A model generated the notes under the pieces. It did not search any database, had not been told where the DNA came from, and worked only from the letters and a program-made list of their open reading frames with translations. A stretch of DNA of 64,000 bases, taken from an uncultured Bacteroidales bacterium (GTDB lineage: Bacteria; Bacteroidota; Bacteroidia; Bacteroidales; UBA10428). The translations under genes were made by a program, and so were the position numbers. Numbering within the stretch: the first letter of the stretch is position 1; the number at the start of each line of letters is the position of its first letter. The stretch covers positions 263-64,262 of the forward strand of contig CAZWIU010000009.1 in assembly GCA_964634105.1 (NCBI GenBank), in the 5' to 3' direction. This document shows, piece by piece, positions 18,073 to 28,198 of this stretch.

Positions 18073-18657
18073 TTAAAATGAATAACTGATCCTTCCTACA
18101 ATTCTTGGATACATGATGAGGCCGCTATCCGGACTATCTCCGCTGGCAATGAAATAATAGCCGAACGAAGGTTGAAACAGAAGGGCTACACCTATATTCT
18201 CATACTGAAAGGCAGGGCCTGCGATAAGCCCGTAGTCAAAACCAAAAACTGCATTATCAAACTCATCGCAGTTAATTCTTCCTATATCAAAGAACCCTCC
18301 CAGCTGGGCATGTAATAATGTTTTAGGATATAATGCCAGGAACTCGAGACCAATTGTCCAACGGTTTGCATATGTCTCATCGGTATAGAACGATTCAAAA
18401 TTCATCTTCTCATATTCAAGCCGGGGACCGATCCTCAGGAAATCGTTTACTGAATAATCGTAAGCCAGGTTAAAGGAGAGGTTGGTGAGCGGCGTTGCCC
18501 AGACTTCATATCCGCGCTCATCAAAATCGATATAAATGCTCTGCTCAAATTCCAGTCCGTAGCCCATAGAGAGGGAGATTGTGTTTCGTGTTTCCTGCGA
18601 GAATGAATACAAACCCGAAATAATCAGAACAGGAATAAATAATAATTTTTCTCTCAT
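18073..18657 (-). CDS. Small outer-membrane beta-barrel protein
   Basis: 194 aa with a signal peptide (IPVLIISGLYSFSQ), alternating aromatic/hydrophobic beta-strand pattern, and a C-terminal aromatic residue (ISYSF). Confidence 0.6.
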   Translation of the reverse strand: MREKLLFIPVLIISGLYSFSQETRNTISLSMGYGLEFEQSIYIDFDERGYEVWATPLTNLSFNLAYDYSVNDFLRIGPRLEYEKMNFESFYTDETYANRWTIGLEFLALYPKTLLHAQLGGFFDIGRINCDEFDNAVFGFDYGLIAGPAFQYENIGVALLFQPSFGYYFIASGDSPDSGLIMYPRIVGRISYSF

Positions 18658-18927
18658 TGTAGGATTTAGTTTATGGTTGAATATACCTTGTTAATTTGAT
18701 TTACATGCACAAAATAATGCGAATCGTAACAATATCCAAATTTGTCATTAATCTTTATAAGAAAATGTCAGTATAAAGTCATTTTATAATACTTTTATGA
18801 GCTTTATCTGATGTTGAGTACATTTCAGGAATGACTCCTTTGCAGGAGTTGACATTATTAGGATTATGGTTTATGTTTGCTTTAATGCTGAAAGTCGGAT
18901 CATAAAAAAAATATTCCTGGCTGAATT

Positions 18928-19728
18928 ATGGAGAATATTCGATATTATGGCAAGCCTCCGTACAACGTAGTGCTGGTGCATGGTGGTCCGGGCGCTGCAG
19001 GTGAAATGGCTCCTGTTGCCAGAAAACTCTCTGCACGTTTTGGTATTCTTGAACCTTTTCAAACAAAATATTCAATCGATGGTCAGGTCGAAGAGTTATA
19101 TGCAGTCATCCGGGATCGTTCGATATCACCTGTTGTTCTTGTAGGATTTTCATGGGGCGCATGGCTGGCCATGCTGGTTGCGGCAAAATATTACCGTGAA
19201 GTCAGTAAGCTGATACTAATTGGTTGCGGCCCGCTGGAGAATCGATATGTTCAGGATATTTTCAAAACACGTATGAGCCGGCTCAACAGCAACGATCAGA
19301 ACAAATTGAATAGCATACTTAGTGGAATCGAAAAGAGGTCAGTTTTTAATATCGATGATGCTTTTAGCGAGTTAGGCAGGATTATGACAAAAGCCGATTC
19401 ATATAATCCAATGCCCGAAACAGAGGATATAATTTATACCAATGCAGAAATATATTTTGCGGTATGGAAAGAAGCAATTGAATTAAGGAGTTCCGGCAGC
19501 CTTTTAAATACGATCGACCAGATCAGGTGCCCTGTTGAAGTTATTCATGGCGATTACGACCCTCATCCGTTTTCGGCCGTTATCCAACCACTATCTTCAA
19601 CACTCAAAAGTAGGTTTTACTATCACATACTTCCCGGTTGCGGGCATAAACCCTGGATTGAGCAATCAGCCTGGCAAAGTTTTTACCGGATTCTTGAAGA
19701 AGGCATTAACTCAGGATTATTATCATAG
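18928..19728 (+). CDS. Alpha/beta hydrolase
   Basis: 266 aa. Contains HGGPG, a nucleophile elbow GFSWGAW, and late D/H residues (HGDYDPHP, GCGHKPW). Confidence 0.75.
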   Translation: MENIRYYGKPPYNVVLVHGGPGAAGEMAPVARKLSARFGILEPFQTKYSIDGQVEELYAVIRDRSISPVVLVGFSWGAWLAMLVAAKYYREVSKLILIGCGPLENRYVQDIFKTRMSRLNSNDQNKLNSILSGIEKRSVFNIDDAFSELGRIMTKADSYNPMPETEDIIYTNAEIYFAVWKEAIELRSSGSLLNTIDQIRCPVEVIHGDYDPHPFSAVIQPLSSTLKSRFYYHILPGCGHKPWIEQSAWQSFYRILEEGINSGLLS

Positions 19729-19886
19729 AAAAGGCTGGTACTGGTTTCTCCACATACAGAAGAAAATAGTAATAAGTATTCCAAATGAAGTTTTTTTTTG
19801 TTAAATTACGATTACAACAGATGGTATAACTAACCTCTTTGTTTATAACAGCTGCCGGTTATTCTCCACCAAAATCCTGTTTATTG

Positions 19887-21974
19887 ATGCTAAAGGAATC
19901 AAACAAACACAAAGGTAACAAGGATTTGGAAGCGACCATTCTCAACATTCCAGCAAATGAATTCTTACGACGACTTCTTGATACAGTCCAGGCAATTGTC
20001 CTTGTGTTGGATACCAGGGGCAGAATTGTTGTCTTCAATTCCAACATAGAAAAGATAACGGGTTATACATCGGAGGAGGTAAAAGGAAGGAGCTGGTTCG
20101 ATTTATTTATACCTGTCGATCAACGAGAAAGAGTAAAAGAAGTTTTTAAGAATGCTATTGGCGACGTTCAGACCAGGGGCAATATAAATTCCGTTGTGAC
20201 AAAAGACGGAAGCTTACGTGAAATAGAATGGTACGATAACACATTGAAAGATTCTTCGGGAAAAATCGTTGGTATTGTTGCTGTAGGTCACGATGTATCC
20301 GACAGGTGGATTAAGGAAATGGAACGAAAAAAGAACGAAGCCCTTCTTTCAAATGCCATGAAAGTTGCACATCTGGGCTGTTGGGAATACGATGTCGCTT
20401 CCGATACCTTTACGTTTAATGATGGGTTTTATGCTCTTTTCCACACTTCGGTTGATAAAGTTGGCAGCTATAAACTGACTTCCGAAGAGTATGCCCGACG
20501 TTTTGTTCATTCCGAGGATAGGTTCATGGTTGCAAGAGAAGTTCAGGATATGCTGGAATCGACCGAACCTAACTACAGTCGTTATCTGGAACATCGTATT
20601 TATTACGAAGGTGGCGAAGTAGGATATATCTCGGTTCAGTTCGTGGCAGTGAAAGATGATCAGGGGCGTACCATAAAATCCTATGGGGCGAACCAGGATA
20701 TTACCGAACAGAAAAGAGTAAAGCACGAACTGGAAGAGCAGATTAAAAAATCAAATGCCTTAAATGAACAGCTGACCGAAAGCCTGGAGAATATCCGGAA
20801 AATGTATGCCGAACTGGAAGTGGCAAAGAAGAGGGCAGAGGAGAGCGATCGGTTGAAATCTGCCTTCCTTGCCAATATGAGTCACGAAATCAGAACTCCG
20901 ATGAATGGCATAATCGGCTTTTCGAATATGCTGACAAGGCCTAAACTAAGCGAGGAGAAGAAGAAGCAGTATGTAGAGATTATTAACGAAATGGGCCGGC
21001 AGCTTCTGAATCTGATAAACGATATCATTGATATTTCCATGATTGAAACCGGGCAGATTAAAATACGCAATACACAGGTTAATGTAAATGAAATACTTCT
21101 CCGGTTATTTAATTTTTATAAGCCTGTTGCTGCTAAAAATAACATAAACCTCTACCTGAAGAAAGACCTTCCAGATGATCAGGCGGAAATCACTTGCGAT
21201 GCTACCAAGTTCAGACAGGTCCTTGATAACCTACTTACGAATGCATTAAAATTCACACAGAAAGGTTCGATTGAAATAGGCTATTCTGCAGCAGAAAATG
21301 AGCTAATTTTCTTTGTTAAGGATACGGGTATTGGAATTCCCGCGGAACTGCAATCAACTGTTTTCGAACGTTTTGCTCAGGCGGAGGTAGGAACAACCAA
21401 ATGCTTTGGAGGTACCGGCCTGGGATTGGCAATATCGAAAGCTTATGTTGAGAAAATGGGCGGACGAATCTGGCTTGAATCAAAAACGGATGTGGGTTCG
21501 GTTTTTTACGTAAGTATGCCCTGGAAACAGGATACATGCGGACAGGCAGAGCAGCCTGCAACAGTTGAATCAGGTACACCGGTTGATATTCCGGTGATAC
21601 TTATTGTGGAGGATGAGGAGATCAATTATCTTTTTTTTGAAGAGCTCCTGTTGAATCAGCCTTATAAAATCCTGCACGCAAAAACAGGACTTGAAGCAGT
21701 ATCGATGTGTAGCGATTCTATGAAGATAAACCTCGTACTCATGGATATTAAATTGCCCGATATTAATGGGACTGAAGCAATGTTAAGGATAAAAAAAATA
21801 AGACCCGGGTTGCATGTTATTGCACAAACAGCATATGCCTTGGCAGGAGATAAGGAAATGGCGCTTGAAGCCGGTTTTGATGATTATATTTCAAAACCGG
21901 TTGATGAGGAAGAGCTTCTGAAAAAGATTGAACAAAACCTGAATGCACCTTCTGCTATTCGGCAACAGTCATAG
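19887..21974 (+). CDS. Hybrid sensor histidine kinase / response regulator with PAS domains
   Basis: Two PAS-like regions, then an H-box (FLANMSHEIRTPMNGI), N and G boxes (DNLLTNALKFT, DTGIGI, GGTGLGLAISK) and a C-terminal receiver (ILIVEDEE...LMDIKLPDINGTE). The ATG at 19887 is preferred over the TTG at 19839. Confidence 0.9.
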   Translation: MLKESNKHKGNKDLEATILNIPANEFLRRLLDTVQAIVLVLDTRGRIVVFNSNIEKITGYTSEEVKGRSWFDLFIPVDQRERVKEVFKNAIGDVQTRGNINSVVTKDGSLREIEWYDNTLKDSSGKIVGIVAVGHDVSDRWIKEMERKKNEALLSNAMKVAHLGCWEYDVASDTFTFNDGFYALFHTSVDKVGSYKLTSEEYARRFVHSEDRFMVAREVQDMLESTEPNYSRYLEHRIYYEGGEVGYISVQFVAVKDDQGRTIKSYGANQDITEQKRVKHELEEQIKKSNALNEQLTESLENIRKMYAELEVAKKRAEESDRLKSAFLANMSHEIRTPMNGIIGFSNMLTRPKLSEEKKKQYVEIINEMGRQLLNLINDIIDISMIETGQIKIRNTQVNVNEILLRLFNFYKPVAAKNNINLYLKKDLPDDQAEITCDATKFRQVLDNLLTNALKFTQKGSIEIGYSAAENELIFFVKDTGIGIPAELQSTVFERFAQAEVGTTKCFGGTGLGLAISKAYVEKMGGRIWLESKTDVGSVFYVSMPWKQDTCGQAEQPATVESGTPVDIPVILIVEDEEINYLFFEELLLNQPYKILHAKTGLEAVSMCSDSMKINLVLMDIKLPDINGTEAMLRIKKIRPGLHVIAQTAYALAGDKEMALEAGFDDYISKPVDEEELLKKIEQNLNAPSAIRQQS

Positions 21975-22027
21975 AAACAGGTTATTTTCAGGTTATATCA
22001 CCCGAGGGAGGGATTTGATAAATTCAA

Positions 22028-23212
22028 CTAATCGACAATAAGAACAAGTCCTTTCAGGTATTCTCCTTCGGGATGATAAATATTTACCGGGTGATCTGCC
22101 GGTTGAGTAAGCTGGTACAATATACGTACATTACGTCTGGCATTGGCAGCAGCAGCGAAAACCGATTTCCTGAAGTTCTCCTTCGATACTACCTGAGAAC
22201 ATGAGAACGTAAACAATATACCTCCCGGCCTGATTTGTTCCAGCGCCTGCTGATTAAGTCTTTTATAACCCTGCAATGCGTTATGCAATACATTCTGATG
22301 TTTTGCAAATGCCGGAGGATCGAGAATGATGAGGTCGTATTTCTTGTCGATGTTCTCAAGATATTTGAAGGCATCTGCAGCAATAGCCTCATGCGGAAAT
22401 TCCGGGAAATTCAGATTCATATTCTCATTGACCAGTTCAACGGCTTTTGCCGAACTGTCGACAGAATGAACAAGCCGTGCTTTCCCGGCTGCTGCGTAGA
22501 CCGAAAAACCTCCCGTATAGCAAAACATATTCAATACATCCCTGCCTTCCGAGAATTGTCTGAGCAACGTTCTGTTTTCGCGCTGGTCGATAAAGAAACC
22601 CGATTTTTGTCCTTCGGTCCAGTCGACCTTAAATTTCAGCTCATTTTCAAGAACTACACATTCTTTCGCGTTACCGGCCAGGAATTGATTTTTTACTTCG
22701 AAAGGGCCTTTGAAAGGCATGGTCGATTCGCTTTTATCGTAGACAGTCCTCAGGTTTTCCCCATATATTTTTTTAAGCGCACCAACAATACGATCCATAT
22801 TCCTGTACATACCGGCAGAGTGGATTTGCATTACCACATGCCCGTCGTAATAATCAATTACCAGGCCCGGCAGGTTATCGCCTTCGGCATTGATCAGGCG
22901 GTATACGTTGGTCGAACGCGAACCTGCAAGACCGATTTTCTTCCTTACTGTATAAGCTGCCTCTATTCTGTTAAGCCAGAAATCATCGTTTGTATCAATG
23001 GCGCAGAAATCTAAAATGCGTACTGCTATTGAACCCGGTTGATAATGCCCTGTAGCCAGAAGTTCGTCTTTATTGTCATAAACATAAACAAGGTCGCCTT
23101 CGGCAGGGTCGCCATATATTTTTTTGATAGCCCCGGAGAATATCCAGGGATGCCGTCTCCAAACCGATTGATCTTTGCCTGACTTTAAAATAACTTTAAT
23201 ACCGGTGTCCAT
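22028..23212 (-). CDS. Class I SAM-dependent rRNA methyltransferase with N-terminal PUA-like domain (RlmI-like)
   Basis: Motifs HPWIFSGAI, RLINAEGDNLPGLVIDYY, VLNMFCYTGGFSVYA and IILDPPAF. The start at ATG 23212 (MDTGIKV...) overlaps the upstream exonuclease gene by 17 nt. The longer ORF to 23368 runs through that gene. Confidence 0.85.
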   Translation of the reverse strand: MDTGIKVILKSGKDQSVWRRHPWIFSGAIKKIYGDPAEGDLVYVYDNKDELLATGHYQPGSIAVRILDFCAIDTNDDFWLNRIEAAYTVRKKIGLAGSRSTNVYRLINAEGDNLPGLVIDYYDGHVVMQIHSAGMYRNMDRIVGALKKIYGENLRTVYDKSESTMPFKGPFEVKNQFLAGNAKECVVLENELKFKVDWTEGQKSGFFIDQRENRTLLRQFSEGRDVLNMFCYTGGFSVYAAAGKARLVHSVDSSAKAVELVNENMNLNFPEFPHEAIAADAFKYLENIDKKYDLIILDPPAFAKHQNVLHNALQGYKRLNQQALEQIRPGGILFTFSCSQVVSKENFRKSVFAAAANARRNVRILYQLTQPADHPVNIYHPEGEYLKGLVLIVD

Positions 23213-23804
23213 TGTCCTTTTTGATCTTGTTAAGCATCTTATAAATCTCATAACAAACCCATGCATCGGTCGCAGCATATTCAATTTGCGATAACGAAAG
23301 CGAATCTTCATCCCAATTTGAAGTCTGCTGCCTCTTACTGATCTGAAAGCCCAGAAAGATGGAGGCAAGTTTTTTCAATCCATTGTCTTCAACACCAAAT
23401 TCCTTAACGTAATCCTGCAAATCGATAAAACCATCAGGCTGAAACGGAGCGAGCCTGTTCAATGCTTTCAAATCGTCATGAATTGCTACACCGGCTTTGA
23501 TAATTGAAGGATCGCTGAGGATAGTGGTCAGTTCTGCAGGAAGTCCGATTTTATTTAAACGAAACAGAAATGCCTGAGTTGAGGTACTAAGCTGCAGGAG
23601 GGAAACATTATGACGTTGTCCCTTTTTAAATGCAGGTCTTGTCTCTGTATCAAAACCCAGGATAGGTTCTTTATATAATTCGGGAATGAATTGGTGGAAT
23701 GCCTTAACAGAATCGATGTAGTAAACCTCGCCGGTAAATTTCTGGCGTGGCAGCATGGCCATCTCTTCCTTTGTAATTTTTGTTTTAAAATCGTAACTAT
23801 TCAT
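23196..23804 (-). CDS. DEDDy-type 3'-5' exonuclease (RNase D / WRN-exonuclease-like domain)
   Basis: 202 aa. Exo I is GFDTETRP, Exo II is AGVAIHDDLKAL, and Exo III is YAATDAWVCYEIY. Confidence 0.85.
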   Translation of the reverse strand: MNSYDFKTKITKEEMAMLPRQKFTGEVYYIDSVKAFHQFIPELYKEPILGFDTETRPAFKKGQRHNVSLLQLSTSTQAFLFRLNKIGLPAELTTILSDPSIIKAGVAIHDDLKALNRLAPFQPDGFIDLQDYVKEFGVEDNGLKKLASIFLGFQISKRQQTSNWDEDSLSLSQIEYAATDAWVCYEIYKMLNKIKKDNGHRY

Positions 23805-24435
23805 TGTTGCGAAAATCCTCCTGTCGCTTGCTGATTATCCAGTTACTTGTATCAATATCATCGAGGTTGGCGGAGTCCTGCTGTATACCGTCGGTTTCAT
23901 TCATTTCGTCAATTTCATTCTCCGAGTATTTCAGGTAATGCAAAGCCCGCAATGTATTTGTAAGCTTTTGTCCCCAATATTGCTCAAACGACTGTTGTAC
24001 CTCCCATACAGCCTCATACATAACTTCGTAAGATCCATCTTCGAAAAGCAGTATAAAGTCTTTAATGTCCTGATAAATATCGGCAAGATTTTCTGATATA
24101 CTTTCACCAACAGAATTTTCAGCTTCGATACGGTTGGGATTAAAAACCTCTTCATAAGAATCAAATTCACCCAGCTTAACCAGCATTTTCTTCAGGACTA
24201 GATTATAATCGTTTTCGTTTACTGACCGCTGGTTTAACTCTTCAAATGCCGGCGTAAGTTTGGGAAGGTTAACGGCTCTCAGGTAAAGTTCGGGGAGAAT
24301 GAGATGTGCTTTTGTAATCCAGTCTTTCAGAAGACCCACAGCATCTGTATTTTCGATAAAATTACAGTATTCCAGCGCAACTCTTCCGAAATCAATTACC
24401 TGCTGGGAATATACCGGATTATCGTGTTGACTCAT
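23797..24435 (-). CDS. Acidic hypothetical protein (DUF5063-like)
   Basis: 212 aa, Asp/Glu-rich and predicted helical. Its stop overlaps the exonuclease start by 8 nt (ATGAATAG). The DUF5063 assignment comes from my recollection of Bacteroides annotations of the gene preceding this exonuclease and is unverified. Confidence 0.55.
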   Translation of the reverse strand: MSQHDNPVYSQQVIDFGRVALEYCNFIENTDAVGLLKDWITKAHLILPELYLRAVNLPKLTPAFEELNQRSVNENDYNLVLKKMLVKLGEFDSYEEVFNPNRIEAENSVGESISENLADIYQDIKDFILLFEDGSYEVMYEAVWEVQQSFEQYWGQKLTNTLRALHYLKYSENEIDEMNETDGIQQDSANLDDIDTSNWIISKRQEDFRNNE

Positions 24436-24496
24436 CTTTTTTTATGCAAAATAACATTTTTCCAGTCAGTATACCAATAACTCCGGCCATGATATT

Positions 24497-26395
24497 TTAC
24501 AATGAAATTCTGCCGTCTTTCAGATAGTGGAGTTTTTCATCGTCGAGCAGGCTGCGTATAATGGTATTCAACGTATCCTCCTTAATTTCGAGGGCAATTT
24601 GCAGCTCACCTAAATAGAGCGGATTATCTTTCAGGATCTCAAGGGTTTCTGCTTTCAACTGTTCTATTCTTCCCGGGGTAGTCTCATCGTTCAATCGTGA
24701 TTTGCATACGTCGCATACACCGCATGGCTTGCTGACCGGCTCATCAAAATATTTCAGCAACAGGTTTATCCGGCATTCATTAGTACTGAATGCATAATGC
24801 AACATGGCATCGAGCCGTTTTTGATAGCGGCTGCGCCGGTCGTTTATAAATTCGTATGAAATATGCAGCGATTTTTCCTCCAGGCGTTCTTCGGTGAAAA
24901 TGAGCAGGGGAGTTTTTTTTGCAGGAATATAACTGATGGCTTTCATCTGCGAAAGCTTGACAAGATATTGATACACCAGATCGCGCGATATATTGGCCCT
25001 CTTGGCCAACACTTCCTCATCGATACGCGTATAGTCGGCAAAAAGGCCTGTATATGACCGTAGTAATAACTTGATAAAACCATCAAACTTCCGGTTTTCA
25101 ATCTGGAATTTATATAGGTCATCACGGTTAAGGGTGAAGAGTATCCGTGAAGGGTTATTCAACTCATCGGTAAGTTCAATGTAACCTATTTTTTCGAGTA
25201 ATTTAAGCGCATTAAAAGCCACAAGAGCGTTGAGTTTAAAGGCAGAGGCAAAATCATACAGATTAAAATCGAACGCTATTCCTTTACCTCCTCCAACGGG
25301 TACCTGAAGGTAATTACACATGGCGCTATAGATTCTTTTTATTTCAGGAATTTCCGGGAAATTTACCGCAAGCCTTTTAGTAGCCAACGATTTATCGTAG
25401 TTGTTTACCAATAAAACGGCAAATGCTTTCAACCCGTCGCGGCCTGCCCTTCCAGCTTCCTGGATATATGCTTCAGGCGAATCGGGTATATCCATGTGCA
25501 GTACAAACCGCACATCGGCTTTATCGATTCCCATGCCGAAAGCATTCGTAGCCACCATTATTCTTGTCTCTCCCCTGGTCCAGCGTAATTGTCTGGCTTC
25601 CCTGTTTTCGTATGAAAGGCCGGCATGATAGTAATCGGCGCTGACCTTATTTCGCCGGAGGTGTTCCGCAATTTCACGCGTTTTCTTCCTGTTCCGCAGA
25701 TAGATGATCCCGGAACCTTTTATGGTCTTAACCACGTTGAGAAGATCGGTCATTTTACTATCGGTATAACGGACATAAAATACCAGGTTTTCACGGGTAA
25801 AGTCGCCACGGATAACGTTTGTTTTCCGGAAGAGTAATTTTTGCTGGATATCCTCAATAACGTCCGATGTTGCAGTAGCTGTAAGTGCTAATACAGGTGC
25901 CTCCGGAAATAATTTTCTAAGCGTTGCGATCTGCAGGTACGAGGGTCTGAAATCATAACCCCATTGCGAAATACAGTGGGCTTCATCGACTGCAATGAGT
26001 GATACTGGCATGGTTGGGATTTTGGCGAGGAAAATTTCACTTGTAAGTCTTTCGGGCGAAATGTACAGGAACTTGTAACCTCCGTAAATGGCATTATCAA
26101 TTGCCGTAACAATTTCGGGATATGACATGCCTGAATGCAGAGCTTTTGCTTTTATATCCATCGATTTGAGTCTTTCCACCTGGTCGTTCATCAGGGCAAT
26201 TAAAGGAGAAACAACAAGGCATAGTCCTTCCATAGCTAATGCCGGGACCTGAAAAGTAATTGATTTACCTCCGCCTGTGGGCAAAATACCCAGCGTGTCG
26301 TTGCCATTCATAATCGAAGAAATGATCTGCGATTGAACAGGGCGGAACGAGCTATGCTTCCAGTATTTTTTTAATATTTCAACATACTTCTCCAT
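24497..26395 (-). CDS. recQ: RecQ-family ATP-dependent DNA helicase
   Basis: 632 aa. Helicase motifs TGGGKS, the DEAH box VDEAHCISQWGYDFRP, LTATAT, TNAFGMGIDK and QEAGRAGRDG, plus a C-terminal Cys cluster CGVCDVC. No obvious HRDC domain. Confidence 0.9.
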   Translation of the reverse strand: MEKYVEILKKYWKHSSFRPVQSQIISSIMNGNDTLGILPTGGGKSITFQVPALAMEGLCLVVSPLIALMNDQVERLKSMDIKAKALHSGMSYPEIVTAIDNAIYGGYKFLYISPERLTSEIFLAKIPTMPVSLIAVDEAHCISQWGYDFRPSYLQIATLRKLFPEAPVLALTATATSDVIEDIQQKLLFRKTNVIRGDFTRENLVFYVRYTDSKMTDLLNVVKTIKGSGIIYLRNRKKTREIAEHLRRNKVSADYYHAGLSYENREARQLRWTRGETRIMVATNAFGMGIDKADVRFVLHMDIPDSPEAYIQEAGRAGRDGLKAFAVLLVNNYDKSLATKRLAVNFPEIPEIKRIYSAMCNYLQVPVGGGKGIAFDFNLYDFASAFKLNALVAFNALKLLEKIGYIELTDELNNPSRILFTLNRDDLYKFQIENRKFDGFIKLLLRSYTGLFADYTRIDEEVLAKRANISRDLVYQYLVKLSQMKAISYIPAKKTPLLIFTEERLEEKSLHISYEFINDRRSRYQKRLDAMLHYAFSTNECRINLLLKYFDEPVSKPCGVCDVCKSRLNDETTPGRIEQLKAETLEILKDNPLYLGELQIALEIKEDTLNTIIRSLLDDEKLHYLKDGRISL

Positions 26396-26666
26396 CCATT
26401 AACGGATAACTCACAACGGGTTCAAAAGTCCTAAAAAATGTTAAATATTATATCGTTAGAGAACATAATTCATCTGCAGTTAGCAAAAATCCCTTTATTT
26501 GCTAACGATAGAACAATTAGCTGTATCGGAATTTTCATCTTTCATTAGTAGTATAAAATTTACTTGCGGACACGAAGATATGGAATTGATCAATTTTTTC
26601 AGCTATGCGGTTTTGATGACTTTTATTTCACTCAATTTTTGTATTTTCGCACCATTTACAAAATAA

Positions 26667-28163
<1,497 letters not shown>

Positions 28164-28198
28164 TTACGTTGTATATATAATTTAATATTAACCTGTTT

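Noticed and set aside
22235-23014. 259-aa plus-strand ORF antisense to the RlmI-like methyltransferase. Similar long antisense ORFs occur at 45899..46330, 46636..47229 and 47230..47601 opposite the methylthiotransferases, and at 38611..38973 and 38995..39309 opposite the beta-helix gene.
   Set aside because: Each lies entirely inside a gene with strong family motifs on the other strand. The translations are low-complexity (Phe/Ile/Arg/Cys-rich) with no recognisable motifs, which is typical of shadow ORFs.
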